DNA of 63,911 nucleotides, filler included, from Pelomyxa schiedti (taxonomy: Eukaryota; Protista; Evosea): the NCBI GenBank assembly GCA_020536535.1. It is 15 parts of 15 records of this genome, joined end to end, with 100 filler letters (N's around TTAATTAATTAA, not from the genome) between each part and the next. Parts side by side here need not be neighbours in the genome. Positions count along the whole stretch, not along the records: positions 61,119 to 62,731 come from JAHLWZ010002384.1; positions 62,832 to 63,911 come from JAHLWZ010002870.1; 13 more parts are not named here. One strand, given 5' to 3'. Below, piece by piece: positions 61,741-63,911 of the stretch. The notes beneath the pieces were generated by a model. That model saw only the letters and a list, made by a program, of their open reading frames with translations. It searched no databases and had not been told where the DNA came from. A program made the translations under genes and the position numbers. Numbering within the stretch: position 1 is the first letter of the stretch; the number at the start of each line of letters is the position of its first letter.

Positions 61741-62831
61741 TGCAGCGCCCAACTACCGTCGACCAAAAGAGTGGGTGTTTGCTTGTTGGTCAATTACTCT
61801 TTTTTTTTTGAGCAGCCAAACACAGATGAATGGAAGCGCACCAACAACAACTCACAATGATGCTGTTAATCTCTACATCTACACATGGCAGAGAACAACC
61901 GAGTTGAGAAGAAAATTGTTGCTAAAACGGGCAAAACCAGGGTGTAAATAGTGCTCACCAGGACTGTGCGGGATAAACTTTCAACCAACAAAGGTTGGTA
62001 TTGGGCTGTTTGTGGGATTTCACAGGTTGACCCCTAAGTGCTAACACACATGGTTTTACTCCCAAAAAAAGTTTATGCTTGTTAACAAAAACATGGATAA
62101 AAGATTTGTGGGTTTTTGAGGCCAATAAAGGTCAAGAGTCATTGAGACACTGATTGAAAGCCAAAGATGTGGTCTTACATCATTTCAATGCAATGTTCAT
62201 TGCAACCTTTGTTGGGGGTATCCCATGATTACTTCTACATAGTTCCAACAAAAACGACGGTTTTTCTGGCTAATGGTACTTATGGGAAGGGTTTCCTCTC
62301 CTCCCCAAGTACTGTTTGAAAGAGAGCAACAACAATTACGAAAATCACAGTACTGCTGGTGTATTTATTAGAACCGGAAATGGCAACAATAAGTGCTACT
62401 TGCACTGACAGACAGAATATCTAAGCTGGAAATTCCAAACCTAATTAAAGTCTGTGAGGTAAATAATAAAAAGAAAAAAAGAAGCCACAAGGTGCCGGAA
62501 ATGCGGAAACGATGTGGTGTATGCTGGCACTTTTAGGATATTCTCGGCACTGAAGCGACAATGCATCTTACAAAAGGATTAGTGCGGAAATGATGGGAAG
62601 CATGCATACAACATCAGGAAATGGTTCTGACAAACATGGGAATGCTAGATATACGAATGTAAATCATCCAAAGCTATGTAAAATTATTCCAACTCTGCTT
62701 ATCCAAGACTCTGCTTCGTTTGTATTTATTTNNNNNNNNNNNNNNNNNNNNNNNNNNNNNNNNNNNNNNNNNNNNTTAATTAATTAANNNNNNNNNNNNN
62801 NNNNNNNNNNNNNNNNNNNNNNNNNNNNNNN

Positions 62832-63656
62832 GTTGCACTATTTTCATCTGCTGGTCGAGTACGATCGTCGTCTATCTCATCCACTACAGGGAAATATTAA
62901 GGGTGGTGTGCGAATAATCCTAAAGCACTAACAGCTCCTTCTCTCCCTCTCCCTATGTCTCGTAACTACGAAATTAATATTCCATGTAATTCATGCTATT
63001 GCCAGATTAGTTACTACCACTACACGAGATATAACAATGACTTTCATGTAAGCGAATATTCTCTCACACCCCCCCAGCCACCAACCTATCTTGCCCCCTC
63101 GATTCCTCATCCTAGTCTCAGCAGCCGCAGTCGAAGTCGAAGTAGAACTCGCAGCGGTCGCATTGGCATCATTCCCCGGTTGTTGTTGTTGTTGTTGGGC
63201 GGGGGGCTCGGCCTCGGCCTCGTGTTGCTGCTGCTGCCGCTGCTGCTGGCGCGTTAGGTGCAGCCGCTGCTGCTGCACCAGCTGGCACCACGCCCGGGTC
63301 CTGGCGGGCACCACCAAGTTGGTCGGCCACACCGACGGCGACATCGCGGCGGCCCTGGTCGCCCGGCACGTCCCCGACGCCCGCGCCACGTCCGCCCACG
63401 CCCACCACGACGCCGACGGCCCCAGCACAGACCCCGCGATGGCGTCGCCGAGCGCACGGAGCCGCTCCTCCCTTGTCTGTCCTTCGACGCGTCCGCGCGT
63501 GGAGTTTGCTGTTGGTGCAGCGCCAGCACACGAAGACGGCGGGTACATCGTCGTGCCTGCGGGGGACTCGCGGCCCAGGAACGAGAGGATGCGCTCCGCG
63601 ATCGCCACCGTGTTGAACGCAACGGCCGCCGCTCCAACAACCGAATCGCCACTCAT
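62832..63656 (-). CDS. F-box-like protein with insertion inside the F-box (3' truncated)
   Basis: IAERILSFL [~60 aa insert] ADVARASGTCRATRAAAMSPSVW, followed by poly-Q. Confidence 0.5.
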
Positions 63657-63911
63657 TTGGCAGAATAAAATAATCAACAGACCGGAACACTGTCTTTCCC
63701 TATCATCGCTCAGGTCGCGGTCTGGTGTTTTTTTTATTCAGCCATTTCCTTTGGTGATTGTTGAGCATAATTTATGAATCAGGGGATGTTATTAGGGAGA
63801 GGTCGGAGTGGAGCAGGGGGTGGTGTGTTGAGGGGCGTGATTGTGCAGGAGGAGCCGCAGGAAGTTGGGCAGTCGGGGTCGACATCCATGTGGGCGCCGT
63901 CTGTATTGTAG

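Noticed and set aside
61740-62731. Possible decayed gene or short ORFs
   Set aside because: No recognisable motif or consistent exon structure could be supported.

Overview
Eukaryotic genomic DNA, not prokaryotic. The genes are compact and carry many tiny (~40-55 nt) spliceosomal introns. Style and gene content (Roco COR domain, RasGEF, ciliary RP2, an expanded ankyrin-like family, low-complexity expansions) suggest a flagellated amoebozoan, possibly a Pelomyxa-like archamoeba (inference only). The window is an artificial concatenation of about 15 contigs/scaffolds joined by 14 N44-TTAATTAATTAA-N44 spacers, plus three 100-N scaffold gaps, so adjacency across spacers means nothing. Recognisable genes: two tandem YVH1/DUSP12 copies interleaved with SPRY-like genes, a USP53/54-type deubiquitinase, a Cache-TM-PDE receptor-like phosphodiesterase, a Roco fragment, BRX1, a RING-Bbox-Bbox-coiled coil-NHL-kinase-like fusion, a LIM+EF-hand protein, a secreted C39-like peptidase, an NF-YC-like histone fold, NUP210, a GNAT, an eIF4A-like helicase, a WrbA-like flavoprotein, RP2, RasGEF, MUS81, a SPOUT1-like protein, LSG1 and a bacterial-type GH32. 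It also holds an atypical tRNA-Gly-like Pol III gene, decayed pseudogenes and CpG-depleted transposon relics. The most unusual items are the TRIM-NHL-pseudokinase fusion, the tRNA-like Pol III RNAs, the Cache-PDE receptor, sequence evidence for CpG-directed decay of transposons, and the head-to-head myristoylated ankyrin-like paralog pair. Exon structures were read by eye and are approximate.
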